DNA of 62,936 nucleotides, filler included, from Reclinomonas americana ATCC 50394 (taxonomy: Eukaryota), in NCBI GenBank assembly GCA_048213135.1. It is 16 parts of 16 records of this genome, joined end to end, with 100 filler letters (N's around TTAATTAATTAA, not from the genome) between each part and the next. Parts side by side here need not be neighbours in the genome. Positions count along the whole stretch, not along the records: positions 10,238 to 20,890 come from AFZH01019152.1; positions 20,991 to 23,057 come from AFZH01019155.1; positions 23,158 to 24,318 come from AFZH01019156.1; positions 24,419 to 27,641 come from AFZH01019157.1; positions 27,742 to 29,266 come from AFZH01019158.1; positions 29,367 to 31,983 come from AFZH01019159.1; positions 32,084 to 37,101 come from AFZH01019161.1; 9 more parts are not named here. One strand, written 5' to 3'. The stretch's first letter is position 1, and the number at the start of each line of letters is the position of its first letter. This document shows, piece by piece, positions 13,301-34,777 of the stretch. The position numbers and the translations under genes were made by a program. The notes under the pieces are model-generated. The model ran no database searches and was not told the DNA's origin. It saw nothing but the letters and a program-made list of their open reading frames with translations.

Positions 13301-13730
13301 CGATGGACGGCCGGGACCACCGCCGCCCCCTCCTGGAGCAGGCGGGGCCTCGTTGTTGCACCGGTCGAGTTCGCGAGGCAGTGCGGCCGTGTCGGGATCG
13401 CCAATCACACCCACACGGACACACATTGAGATCGACTCGAACACGCCGATTCGCGAGGGTGACGATGCCGCGTATGCCTCACCACAGCCGTTGTTGCTGG
13501 ATGCGGGGCTGGCGCGCGAGGAGCACTCGATGATACCGAATGCGGTGCCGTCGCCCGCGCGTGCACTGCAGTTTGGCGAGGAGGCGGCCGGTGCAGGGTC
13601 GGTGCATGCGGGCAGCAGCAGTTCACGAGGGCGCACGACGTCGCCCCTGTTTGAGCTGCCGTCGGCGGTGGCCGCGGAGGGCGGCGTGGACTCGTCGTCA
13701 CCAAGGGCGCCGGATTTGAATCACGTGTGA
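8681..13730 (+). CDS. ARL13B: Ciliary Arf-like GTPase ARL13, 5 exons, spans one assembly gap
   Basis: MFGLLGNCVQW (N-terminal Cys), G1 GIDGAGKTT, PTIGF, G3 DVGGG (Gly replacing the catalytic Gln, typical of ARL13), G4 ANKQD, QIEPC, then coiled coil and a long Pro/Ser/Ala tail. Stop TGA at 13728-13730. Confidence 0.92.
11805..12735. repeat. Approx. 400-470 bp imperfect direct duplication inside ARL13 intron 4
   Basis: Blocks starting GGGGCTGGAGGGAAAGGGA at about 11806 and 12275 share long identical runs through CTACCTCTTGGAGGATTAAT. Confidence 0.8.
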
Positions 13731-14427
13731 TTGAAGTTTGTAGCCAATGGAAATCGTGGGATCTGATGAAGAACCTTCATTCTGCTAGTGTTCGCTGACG
13801 ACAAGGACGGTGGCAACAGCGACAGTGACAGTGGTGGAGTGGTGGTTTTTTGTTTCTTCCGATTGCTCTCACTGAGCGTCACCCCGCCTTGTTGTCCATC
13901 GTGCCACATATGGCGTCGTTCCAGACAAACATGTTTCTTAGTCACCGTGTGTTGTGTTTTCATTGTTCATTGTGTGTGCTTCGAGAGGCTGCTTCAGGCG
14001 ACTGAACTCGTTGGAGGTGTGTATGTGACAATGAGTGCGTCAACATTAGAAACTTGCCGCTTGCGATGTGTGGCGCGGCAAGGCAGCGAGCTCCCTTCTC
14101 AATGAAATAAAGACTGCGAGTGGAGCACGCGATATCTTGCCCTTTGTTGTTGTGTGTGGCAAGGCGGCGAGCTCGCATCTTTAACAAATCAAGCTTACGT
14201 CGGCTGTGAGAGCGAATCAAGCGAGTGAGGAAAGCAAGTTGTGCTCCCGTCTGCGACAATCTTTCCGAGGGGAAAGACAATTGGCGTTGACTTAGTTGTC
14301 GTACCTCCCACCTTCAACCTCCAAACCAACCCCACCAAAGACTCCCTTCCAACATTGTTCACTGTCTCACAATTCATACAAAAAAAAGAACACACCCTCG
14401 CTATAAAAGAACCATCAACCCTTTGCC

Positions 14428-23526
<9,099 letters not shown>

Positions 23527-24489
23527 ACGCGCGTGAGAGAGTGACAGTGAGAGATAAGAGGGTTTGGACAGATGGATTTTCGCGCCTTTTTTTGTAATCG
23601 CGTTTTTTTTTTCTCGAGTTGTGGTGAGTGTGCGGAGTGTGTGTGCGGAGTGAGAGAGTGATAGGCAAAGAGAGAAAAGAGAGCAGTGAGGGGAGGCTGT
23701 GAGACTGATGACGTTTTGCATGAGATATTTGTGTGTGAAAGTGTGTGTAAGTGTGTGAAAGTGTGTGCGGAGTGTGCGGAGTGTGTGTAAGAGAGTGATA
23801 GGCAGAGTGAGGCAAAGAGAGAAAGAGAGAATGCAGTGAGGAAGAGATTGTGTGAGACTGATGCCATTATTTGAGATATTTGTGAGTGTTTTGTGTGTGA
23901 AAGTGTGTGGTTTGTGTGCGGAGTGTGTGCGGAGTGTGTGTAAGAGAGTGATACGCAGAGTGAGGCAAAGAGAGAAAGAGAGAATGCAGTGAGGAAGAGA
24001 TTGTGTGAGACTGATGCCATTATTTGAGATATTTGTGAGTGTTTTGTGTGTGAAAGTGTGTGAAAGTGTGTGCGGAGTGTGCGTGTGCGTGAAAGAGTAA
24101 GTGTGTGCGTGTGTGTAAGAGAGAGAAAAAAAGAGATCGGAGAGGATTGCAAAAGAGTAAGACTTGTCATTTTCTTTTCTTGCACACTTGCGCAAGTGCC
24201 ACACACACACGCGCTCTCTTTCTCACACACACTCTCTCACACACTCTCACACTCTCGCACGCACACGTGAGCGACGAAATTTTGAGTGCATTTCTCCGCT
24301 GATTGTCGCCTTTCAGAANNNNNNNNNNNNNNNNNNNNNNNNNNNNNNNNNNNNNNNNNNNNTTAATTAATTAANNNNNNNNNNNNNNNNNNNNNNNNNN
24401 NNNNNNNNNNNNNNNNNNCGTACGTACGTACGTACCGTACCGTACCGTACCGTACGGTACGGTACGGTAACGGTACGGTACGTACGTCG

Positions 24490-24597
<108 letters not shown>

Positions 24598-24628
24598 CTT
24601 GTCTCTCACGTTGATTGGTGGTGTGCAG

Positions 24629-26938
24629 TCGTATGTGTTCCAGCAGACGATGATTGTTGCGTGCACCATTGACCCCGTCCCCCCTCTCTCCGTTGGCCTT
24701 TCTCCCTTGCTCCTCTCACCCGGTTGCCCTTTCTGCGTACTTGTCTCTCGATGTCCTTTCTCTTTCCGTTGCTCTCTCGTCTCTCTGTTGCCCTCCTTCT
24801 GTGTTGCTCAGTCCGTTGCTCTGTCCGTTGCTCTCTCTCCGTTGGTCCCAATCTCCGTTCCTCGCTTGTCTCTCTACGTTGCCCTCTCCGTTCCTCTCTC
24901 TCTTCTCTCTTCGTTGCCCTGCCGCTGTTGCCCCACTTTACGTTGGCCCAATCTCCATCGGCCTTTCTCCGTTGCTCCTCTCTCCCGGTTGCCCTTTCTG
25001 CGTACTTGTCTCTCCACGTCCTTTCTCTTTCCGTTGCTCTCTCTTTTGTCCGTTGCCCTCCTTCTGTGGTGCTCTCCGTTGCCCTCTCCGTTGCTCTCTC
25101 TCTCTCCGTTGTTTCCAATCTCCGTTCCTCTCTCGTCTCTCTCCGTTGCACCACTTTCCGTTGCCTGCCTCTGTGTTCCCTCTCCCCGTCGCCACTCTCT
25201 CCGTTGACCACTTCATCCGTTTCCGCACTCCATTTCTCTTGCTCCCTTTTTCTGTCTCCCTTCTCTCCGCTGCCCCACTCTTGTTTGCCGCAGTCTCCGT
25301 TTCGCCATTCTCAGTTGCTCTCTCTGCGTTTCACCAATCTCCGTTACCCTCTCTCCGTTTCCCCTCTCCGATGTCCACTCTACGTTGCTCTCTCTCCATT
25401 TCCCCACTCTCCGTTTCCCTTCCCCGCCTATCTCACTCCCCCTCCCCTTTCCCCATTCTTGCCTTGCAGCGTGTCACGAACGGCGAGCGCAGCGTGGACT
25501 TTTACACGCGCATCCTCGGCATGACGCTGGTGGTGCGTCGCCACGCGCGCAAGTCTTTCGCCTCCTTGAATTCACTTCCACCTGCAGGAGAAACTCGACT
25601 TTGAGGCCGCGCGCTTCTCGCTGTACTTTGTGGCGTACTGCGACCCGGCCGAGATTCCCGCCGACGACGCCGAGCGCAAGAAGTGGTTCCACTGGCGACC
25701 GGGTGCGCTGGAGCTGACCTACAACTGGGATGAGGAGGTGAGTAGAGAGGGAAAGACAGCAGGAGTTCTCTTCCTTCTTTTATTCTTTCCCTGCTGCGCT
25801 GATTACGAAGATGGGTGCGAAGACACCCATTGCTCTGTCTTATCTTGCTCTCTTTGGCCTGCGCTCCTGCCGCACGTCAATGTTTTGTTTTCTCTTCTCT
25901 TTCTCTCTCATTTGTTCACCGTTCTCTAAACATTCTCGCTACCTTTCTGTCTGACTTGCGCTCTCATTTCTGTTGCTCTTCTTTGGCGTTGTCACTCACG
26001 TTCTCGCGCTCCTGGTCTCTTTAGATGTCACTGTTGTCTTCACTTTCTCCTCTCTCTTCCACACTCGCTTAGCTCTTGTTCTTCTCGTGCTCATTTTTGT
26101 CTTTTCACTTCCGTTCTCGCGTTGCGGTCGCACTCACTCCTCATTTCGATGTTGTTGTCCTCATTCCTCTCCCTTCTGCCCTCTTCATTCCTCAACTCTC
26201 TCTCTCTCTCTCTCACTCACTCATCGTTTCACCAGGTGTACCACAACGGCAACGAGCCGGGCAACCGCGGCTTTGGGTGCGTCTCTCATTCTCGCCACAC
26301 GCTCCCTTTTCGTGCTTACTCACCCATGACTCGCTCGCAGTCACATTGGTTTGTAGATGTCCCCCTCTCGCGTTGTGCATGCTGTTCACATGCTCCCTCG
26401 TGTTCTATCCTGCATACATCAGGCATCAAAGTCCCTGGTACGATACTCGCGCGTCTCTCTCGTCCAACTTTCGTGAACTCACTCCGTGCTCGTATTTGCA
26501 GATGTTAACAAGGCGGTGCGCTCCACCGTTGCCCCTTCTCCCCTCTTTCCCTCTCTCACACATCGCTCGTGCATGCAGTGCGAGCGCTTCGAGGCCCTCG
26601 GCGTGCAGTTCCAGAAGCGCCCGGAGGAAGGTTTGTGAAGCCAGCCATGAGTTTTGTGTCCTCAGCCGCTAAACCTCCCTTGTGCAGGCCGCATGAAGCA
26701 CCTGGCTTTCGTTGCGTGCACTTTCTGCGCTGTCGCTCCTCTCTGTCACTCACATCACATGTGTCCCGCTCACAGATCAAGGACCCCGATGGTGAGTCAC
26801 GCACACACAAATAACCAATTTGAAGTCTTCAAGTCGCTCATCCCTCGCATCGCACAGGCTACTGGATCGAGAGTTGTGCCCCTCCATCTCCTTACTCACA
26901 CCATAATCACGCTAACCCTTCGCATCACAGTCTTCTAA
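24629..26938 (+). CDS. GLO1: Glyoxalase I (lactoylglutathione lyase), at least 12 exons including microexons; start lies in the gap
   Basis: Spliced SYVFQQTMI|RV..SVDFYTRILGMTL..FSLYF..LELTYNW..YHNGN..RGFG|HI|GIKVP|DVNKA|CERFEALGVQFQKRPEE|GRMKHLAF|IKDPD|GYWIE|IF-TAA. All four metal ligands (Q, E, H, E) are present. Confidence 0.95.
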
Positions 26939-27944
26939 GCCTCACGCACCGACATGGTATCCACCGACGGGTGAAACTGCAATGAAACTCACACCAATCG
27001 AGCGTCGAATTGCTTATCTGTGTGCACTGTTTGCTGTGCATGAGTTGTGCCCTACTAAGCTCGCTAACCCCACCATTCCCCGTCACAGGAAATGCGGGTA
27101 CATTGAGCTTTCATGAGTTCTCGCCATTGTCGGTGTGAGGTTTTGAAGACAGTGGCGAGAAACTACTACTGTTCACGAGTTGCTCCGGTTCTTCTCCCTG
27201 CAGAGCACGCAAACGCTTCCCCGTGTCACAGTCTTCGAGGCATCGATTGAGTGACGAAGTCAACGCGTACGGATGCCGGGAAACCGATCTGAAGCACGCA
27301 CCGACAATGCATTGCTGTGGCTGCTGAAGCTGCAGTTCTATGCAGTCACCGCTGTGCATGAGTTGGTCCCTCTTCTCCCTTACATAGCACGTTCCACCCG
27401 CTGTGTTCTCTCCTAGCCGATCGCGATCGACATCGACGTTCACCAATTACAATCGCGATCGCGACGAGTGATAGCATTCTAAAGCAGCATTGCCGTGGCT
27501 GCTGCAGCTGCAGTTCTGTGAAGTCACTGTTGAGCGTGAGTTGGTCCCTCCCTTCTCCCTTGTAAAGCACGTTCCACCCGTTGTGGACTCTCTTAGCCGA
27601 TATAAATTGCGATGTCGAACCGCGACGTACTGATGAAATCGNNNNNNNNNNNNNNNNNNNNNNNNNNNNNNNNNNNNNNNNNNNNTTAATTAATTAANNN
27701 NNNNNNNNNNNNNNNNNNNNNNNNNNNNNNNNNNNNNNNNNAGGGTTAGGGTTAGGGTAGGGTAGGGTAGGGGTAGGGAGGAGAGAGAGAGAGGGAGGGG
27801 GGGGGGGGCGTGATTAGTGGCTGGGTCTCTCTCTCACACCCTTGCACAACAGCCTTGTCGTCTCTCGTCTCTCTCATCGCCCGTCTCTTTCCCTCTTTGC
27901 TTGTCGCTCATCGCTCGTCTCTCGTCTCTTACGTCTCCCTCTTT

Positions 27945-28510
27945 GCTTGTCGCTCTTTGCGTGTCGCTCTTTGCCTATCGCTCTTTGCTCTTTGCTTGTC
28001 GCTCTTTGCCTATCGCTCTTTGCCTATCGCTCATTGCCTGTCGCTCTTTGCCTATCGCTTTTTTTCCTGTCGCTCTTCGCTTGTCGCATGTCGCTCTTTG
28101 CTTGTCAATCTTTGCCTGTCGCTCTTTGCTTGTCGCTCTTTGCTTGTCGCTGTTTGCTCGTCGCTGTTTGCTCGTCGCTCTTTGCCTATCGCTCTTGGCT
28201 TGTCGCTCTTCGCTTGTCGCATGTCGCTCTTTGCTTGTCAATCTTTGCCTGTCGCTCTTTGCTTGTCAATCTTTGCCTGTCGCTCTTTGCTTGTCGCTCT
28301 TTGCTTGTCGCTCTTTGCTTGTCGCTCTTTGCTTGTCGCTCTTTGCTTGTCGCTCTTTGCGTGTCGCTCTTTGCTTGTCGCTCTTTGCGTGTCGCTCTTT
28401 GCGTGTCGCTCTTTGCGTGTCGCTCTTTGCTCGTCGCTCTTTGCTCGTCGCTCTTTGCGTGTCGCTCTTTGCGTGTCGCTCTTTGCGTGTCGCTCTTTGC
28501 TTGTCGCTCA
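27945..28510. repeat. Intronic 14-bp minisatellite (TGTCGCTCTTTGCN), about 40 copies
   Basis: Direct reading. Confidence 0.9.
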
Positions 28511-28657
28511 TCTCCTCGTCTCCCTCGTCTCATCACTCGTCTCATTGATCGTCTCTTGTCGCTCGTCTCTCTCTTCGTTCTGGTCTCTCCTTTCGTTTCC
28601 TCCCTTCCTTTCCCCTTTCCCACCTTCCCCTTCTCCCTCCCTTCTCCCTTCACGCAG

Positions 28658-29378
28658 ACGAGGTCATGATCCGCAAGTGGAACCACCCGGTGCACTGGGA
28701 CGGCAAGTGGCCGGAGGAAGATCAGGAAAACCCCACCGTCCTCACCGACTCGGTGCGCCTGTCGCCCGGCTGGCACGTCGTGGAGGTGATTGGCGTCGGC
28801 GAGATGGAGGGCGACGCCAAGCTTACCCTGCAGCTCATGCGCCCCGATCGCCTCGATTTCGTCGACCTGGGAGAGTGCGTACTTTGTTCTTCACCGACGG
28901 TGGATGTGGGGACGAAACTCAAACTCCTTTGATGCAGCCTGTCGGTGCCCACGTCACTTCGCGGCGGAGAGGCGCTCTGCCCCGACAATTGCAGCGGCCG
29001 TGGTACGTGCACGGAGAATCGCGGCTGCGCGTGCAAGCCGCCGTTCAGCGGCGTGTCGTGCGATTTCGCAGTGGTGAGAAGGCGACGAAGAGGACGGAGT
29101 TGCCAGTCACAATGATCTTACACTTTTGTGCTGGCAGAACTTGTCGCCCGCCATTGGTAATCCGCTGCACGTTGGTGCCTTCCAGTTTGCCGTCATTGAC
29201 GGCACGTCGCACCGCTTTGAGCAGCCGCTGCCGCTGAACCGTCGCTGCCAACTGGGCGCCGTTGCTNNNNNNNNNNNNNNNNNNNNNNNNNNNNNNNNNN
29301 NNNNNNNNNNTTAATTAATTAANNNNNNNNNNNNNNNNNNNNNNNNNNNNNNNNNNNNNNNNNNNNCACAGAGAGTCA

Positions 29379-29422
<44 letters not shown>

Positions 29423-32102
29423 ATCTGTCTCTCTTTATCTGTCTGTCTGTCTCTTTATCAGTCAGTCTCTGTTTTTGTCTCTCTTTCTTCTGATTTCTTC
29501 TCTCAATCCGTCTGTTTTTCTCTCCCTTTTTCTCCACCTTTCGTCTCGACTTTTCTCTGTCTATTCCGTCTTCCCCCTTCTGTCTTCCCCCTTCGGTCTT
29601 TCCCCTTCGGTCTTTCCCCTCCCGTCTTCCCCCTTCCATCCTCCGTCTTCCTGTCTTCCCCCTTCGGTCTTCCCCTTCCTTCCGTCTCCCCCCTTGCTTC
29701 CGTCCCCCTTCCGTCTTCCCCCTTCGGTCTCCCCCCCTTCGGTCTTTACCCCTTCGGTCTTTACCCCTTCGGTCTTTCCCCCTTCCGTCTTCCCTCTCAT
29801 CCCTCCCCTCATGTCCCCCTTCTCCTTTGCCTCCCTTCCCCCTTCATCAGACACCTCGGAGCTCCTCCTCAGCGACCGCGGCGTGGCACTCTCCACCGGC
29901 ACCGGCGACGACGCACCCGAGTCCCCGCGCTCGATTCTCCGCTACAAGAACTCCAGCAAGGTGCAGGCGTCGCTATACTACGTGGAGGGTTGCGAGACTA
30001 CTGACGTGGTTGCCGAGCGACCGGCACGCATCCTGATTGCGAGAGAGGGCGGTGTGTCTCGCCTCCATGGTCGTCGTTGTCGCAGTCGTCGTCATTGAAT
30101 AACTCACTCGCGCACCAGACAACGCCATCGAGTACGACGACACCTATGTGCCTTCGCCGTCCAAGAAAATCGCCTTCGAGCGCTTCGAGTATGCCACGCT
30201 GTCGAATGTGGAACCCACCAAGCAGTGGCCTGCCGATGGTGCCGATCCGGCGATCACTGAGTGCTCGCCGATACCGATGAAGAAGATGCCGGATGGATGG
30301 CGGTTGGCGTCCAACACGCCGCGCACCCGAGGTGAAAATCAGTTCGATAGTGGAGAGAGCAGATAAAGAGAGGAGGAAGAGAGCAAGAGAGAGAATTGAG
30401 AGATAACAAGAAGAACTGATCGGAAGTCTGCGAAGTCTGCAGGGAAGACGAGAGGAATCGAGAGAAAGAGAGAGAGAGGGCGACGCAAGAAAAGTAATCA
30501 GACGGCGACGAATGCAGCAGGGAGGTCGAGAGAGAAAAAGAATAGATATACATAGAAACACACGCACGAGAGAGAAGATTATGCACTCATACACAAGAGA
30601 GAAGAGATGGCGTCGATCAAGAGAAGTTATCAGAAGGCAGGGTAGATGACAAACAATAGAGAGAAAACCATTATGGGAATCGCTGACGTATTCTCTCTCG
30701 CACTTCAGTGGCCATTGCTGGCTCCATGCACCGCTTTGGTGCACGCTGCTTGGTTGTGGAAGGTGGCGTGGCCATTGACGCGGTCACCGGCGACACGTGT
30801 GGTACGGACGAATTGCGTCAGATTGGTGAGTGCATTCACTGGCTCGATTTTGTTCTCCGTCTATCTCGCTCACGCTTGTCGCAGGCATCTGGATGCAACC
30901 AAAGCACTGCGACCGTCAGATTTTGCTGGAGCGTGACACCATGCGCGTCACCTCGTGGCCCGTCGGACCGTCGACGGTGAAGGACGTTGTGACGGTGGCC
31001 AAGAAGCAGATGGAGTACGCGTTGCAGCCGGTGGAGCACGTCGGCGGCGATTGCCCCACCTCTGTGGCGTCGGCGGTTCCCATTGGCTGGCGTGTTGGTA
31101 TGTGTATTCATTTTCTATTCCTCGCCACCTGTTCCTCATTTGTTGCGTGCAGCCGACCTCAGTGCGTCGGACGTGCGCGCCGCGGTGCGGAAGCTGAAGC
31201 TGGGCGTCTCATGCGTCGTCGGCATTGGCGGTGCAGTGGAGGTTTGTTGTCCATCGGAGCGATCCATCAAGACATGAGTTCATTGCTGAGCGTGGAGCAG
31301 TTGACCACCGACGGCTGCAAGGAGGTGCCGGAGGGTGCGCATGCGGTTGCTGCCCGTTCCGTGGTCGGCGACCTGTTTGTGGCGTCCCCCTCGTGCCACG
31401 CACACGTCCTGCTCAGTCGTTCGTTGGCCGAGTCGACCACCGACGACAACGATGCAGACAAGGAGTTCTTGTCGGCTGTCGATAACCCACCGCCACCCCC
31501 CACGCTGGAGACCTTGGAAGTGCGTGGCAACTCGCTGCTCTTCCGCGTTGGCGCTTCGAGTGAGGAGGGTCGGCTGCCTTCGCGCCTGTTCCTCAAGTAC
31601 CATCTCGACCCGGATTTGTACGACATTGAGGAGATCTTTACCGAGCCGCAGCTGGAGTCGGAGGTGCGCATCTCCGGTTTCGAGGCTGGTGAAGTTGCGA
31701 CGCGTGATGATGAGGGGCAGGAAGGGGGCGTTTGTTTTGTGGGGTGACTTACGAATCTCGCTGTCGCAGCCGCTCTTCATCACCCCGTACGTCAGTCGCC
31801 TCGGTTTGCCGCCCATTGGTGGTGAAATGATCTCAGTGGGTGAGTCGAGAGGGAGAAAGGAGAAGGGAGAGGGATGATGGAGAGGGAGAGGGAGAGAGAG
31901 GAGGGAGGAGGGAGGAGGAGAGGAGGAGGAGGAGGAGGAGGAGGAGGAGGAGGAGGAGGAGGAGGAGGAGGAGAGGAGAGGAGNNNNNNNNNNNNNNNNN
32001 NNNNNNNNNNNNNNNNNNNNNNNNNNNTTAATTAATTAANNNNNNNNNNNNNNNNNNNNNNNNNNNNNNNNNNNNNNNNNNNNTCTCTCTCTCTCTCTCT
32101 CG

Positions 32103-32153
<51 letters not shown>

Positions 32154-32222
32154 TCGTTGTGTCGTCGTCGTCGTCGTCGTCGTCGTGTCGTGTCGTGTGT
32201 GTGTGTGTGTGTGGTCGTCGTC

Positions 32223-32280
<58 letters not shown>

Positions 32281-34777
32281 TCACTCTCTGTCTCTCAGTG
32301 TGCTTGCCTTCTTCTGCTCCTCATCACGCTCATGTTCTTTTTTCTCTTTTCCCTTCATCTCCCTCTCCCTCTATCCCTCCCTTTTCCTTTCCCCCCTTTC
32401 CCTCTACCCCTCGCTGACAGTTCCCGCACAGCCACCAACACACCACCGGAGGTCCCGGAGTGGCCCAAGATCGAGCTGCTGAGCCACAACTCCGTGCGAG
32501 TGACCATTCCGAAGTCCACCGACAACTTTGGCACCAAGATCACCGGCTACCGTGTGCAATGGTCGGAGGACAATCGCTTCAAAGCTAAGGCCACGCAAGT
32601 GACAAAGGTGCAGGCGTCGCCGGTGTTTGTGCTGGAGAACTTGACGCCGGGCGTGCCGATTTTCATTCGTGGCGCCAACTGCAACAAGGCCGGCTGCAGT
32701 GGATGGGGCGATGTGGAGACTGTGGGTTCGTTGGTCGCAAGCACACGCACACATGCACATTAGGAGAGACACATCCAGGGCACTCTTCGCAGCTCGCATC
32801 ACTTTGTCACATGCTCACACACAATCACAGGCACACACAGGAGTGCACTACAATGGAGAGACACACATCCAGGCACTTTTCGCAGCTCGCATCACTTTGG
32901 CACACACACACGCATACGCACACATACACACACGCACTCACACACACAAATGCACCACAATGGAGAGACACACATCCAGGGCACTCTTCGCAGCTCGCAT
33001 CACTTTGGCACTCGCACACATAACCACGAATACAATACATGCACTCACAATGGAGTGACGCGTCCCGGGCACTCTTCGCAGATGGACACATACGCACACA
33101 TGCACACACATCTAGGACAGACACGCAGACCGACAGGTAGATTGATAGGGTGGAGACAAGGGGAAGACAAGAGAGGGAAGACGACCCAGATGCAGACACG
33201 TACATTCCGTTATTTGAAGACACCCTACCTTGTTGTCGCTCATCTTTTCCTCGCCCATATACAGAACCAGACGCCGTACCACCACCACCGGCGCTAAAGG
33301 TGAAGCTTCTCGACAAGCGACGCCTGCAGGTCAAGGTGGTGCCGCCGAAGCGCGATCAGGTCCTCGGCACACCGGTGACGGATGTGACGCGCGTGCGCTA
33401 CTCGGCCAAGCGCGACATGGTGGCGTCGACGACGGTGGAGGACGAGTCGCGCCAGATCACTATTGCCAAGTTGCCCAAGGCGGCCAATGTGGTGTACGTG
33501 CAGGCGGCTGTGCGGAACGACAAGGGGTTCTCGGAGTGGTCGGAGGCTGTGAGAGTGGGTGAGGAAAGAGGGGGAAGGGGGGGAAGGAATGGGAAAGGGG
33601 GACGAAAGGGGAAAGGGAAGGGGGAAGGGGAACGGGGGAGGGGAAGGGGGAGGGGGAAGGGGAGAGGGAAGGGGAAGGGAAGAGAAGAGATGAGGAGAGA
33701 AAAAGAGGAAGAGAGAAGATATGAGAAGAGAAGAGGTGAGGAGCGGTGAGAATGAGGGAAGGGTAGATGACGAGAGAACAAGATAGGAGGAGGGATGGAA
33801 AGAGTGGAGCAGAGAGAAGAGGAAAAACAAGAGAAGAGATGAGAAGAGAAGAGGAGAGATGGGAAGAGAAGAGGAGAGATGAGAAGAGAAGAGATGAGGA
33901 GGGATGAGAAGAGAAGGAAGGGGAGAAGACGAGAGAACCAGATAGGAGAGGGATGTCAAAGTGGAACAGAGAGAGAAGAGGAAAGGACAAGAGAGGAGGA
34001 GAGAGTAGATGAGATGCAATGAGAGTGAGAAGAGATGAGAAAAAGAAGAGAGAGTGGAGAAGTAGGAGAGGGAAAATCGAGACTTGAAGAGGAGAGAGAA
34101 TAGATGAGAAGAGGTGAGACGCGATGAGACTAAGAGAGGACAGAAGAGAGGAAAAAGAAAAATTGAGAGACTAGAAGGATGAGAAGAGCAGCGAAGAGAA
34201 GACAGGAGGAGAGAAGTGGACTCAAGCTTAGATGAGAATGTGAAGCAGATGAAGAGGATTGACGGGAGAATGAGCACTAGAGACAAGGAGATGAGGCGAC
34301 AATTCTAGGGAAGGGAAGGGACATGGAGAACACAATGAGAAAAAATAGAAGATGAGTGAAATGGTTGAAGCGAACAAACGGAGCGTGGGACGAGAGACGA
34401 GAACCTGATTTCGGGAACGTGGCTTGAGAGAAGAGCATCGTAAAAGTGTCCCCAGCACGTGGCACTCACTGCCGCATCTCGCAGTGCTTGTCGATCCACC
34501 AACCGTGGCGCTGTCGTCGACGCCGGACCAAGTGACAGCCACTGTCAAGGCGGCTCACGAGCACTCGTCGCCGCAGTACCAGTTGCGCTGGCGTGTCGGT
34601 GAGAAGGGAGAGTGGACCGCAGAGGCCGCGCAGTCGGCTGCCGAGTTTGTGCTGGCCTCGCCACCGCCACTGTGTGCACAAGCCGCGACGCAAGTCGGTG
34701 GCTCCGATAGTGAGCCGGAGTTTAGTGAGTGGAGTGCTGTCGTGTGCACTGGTGCCGCGAATAGAGATGAGTTGTGA
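28658..34777 (+). CDS. Secretory-pathway multidomain protein: PA14-like, EGF, three ~100-aa Cys-containing repeats, 3-4 FN3-like domains, C-terminal RDEL (5' end missing)
   Basis: SVRLSPGWHVVEV..GDAKLTL (PA14-like); CPDNCSGRGTCTENRGCACKPPFSGVSC (EGF); DNFGTKITGYRVQWS..LENLTPG..AGCSGW and AVRNDKGFSEWS (FN3). Ends ANRDEL-TGA. Confidence 0.8.

Noticed and set aside
26931..26975. Possible TAA-to-Gln reassignment (GLO1 ends abruptly at YWIEIF-TAA with an open frame to TGA)
   Set aside because: TAA, TAG and TGA all end other genes at sensible positions, I saw no in-frame stops inside conserved exons, and all catalytic residues precede the stop.
27742..27780. TTAGGG telomere-like repeats
   Set aside because: There are only two perfect units, decaying into TAGGG/GA at a low-quality contig edge inside a probable G-rich intron. 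This is insufficient for a telomere call.
27810..28669. Long Leu/Ser/Cys ORFs over repeats (also 116-877, 11642-12700, 23292-24230, 33294-34286, 44763-45800)
   Set aside because: These are stop-poor translations of CT/GA tracts and minisatellites within introns or intergenic DNA.
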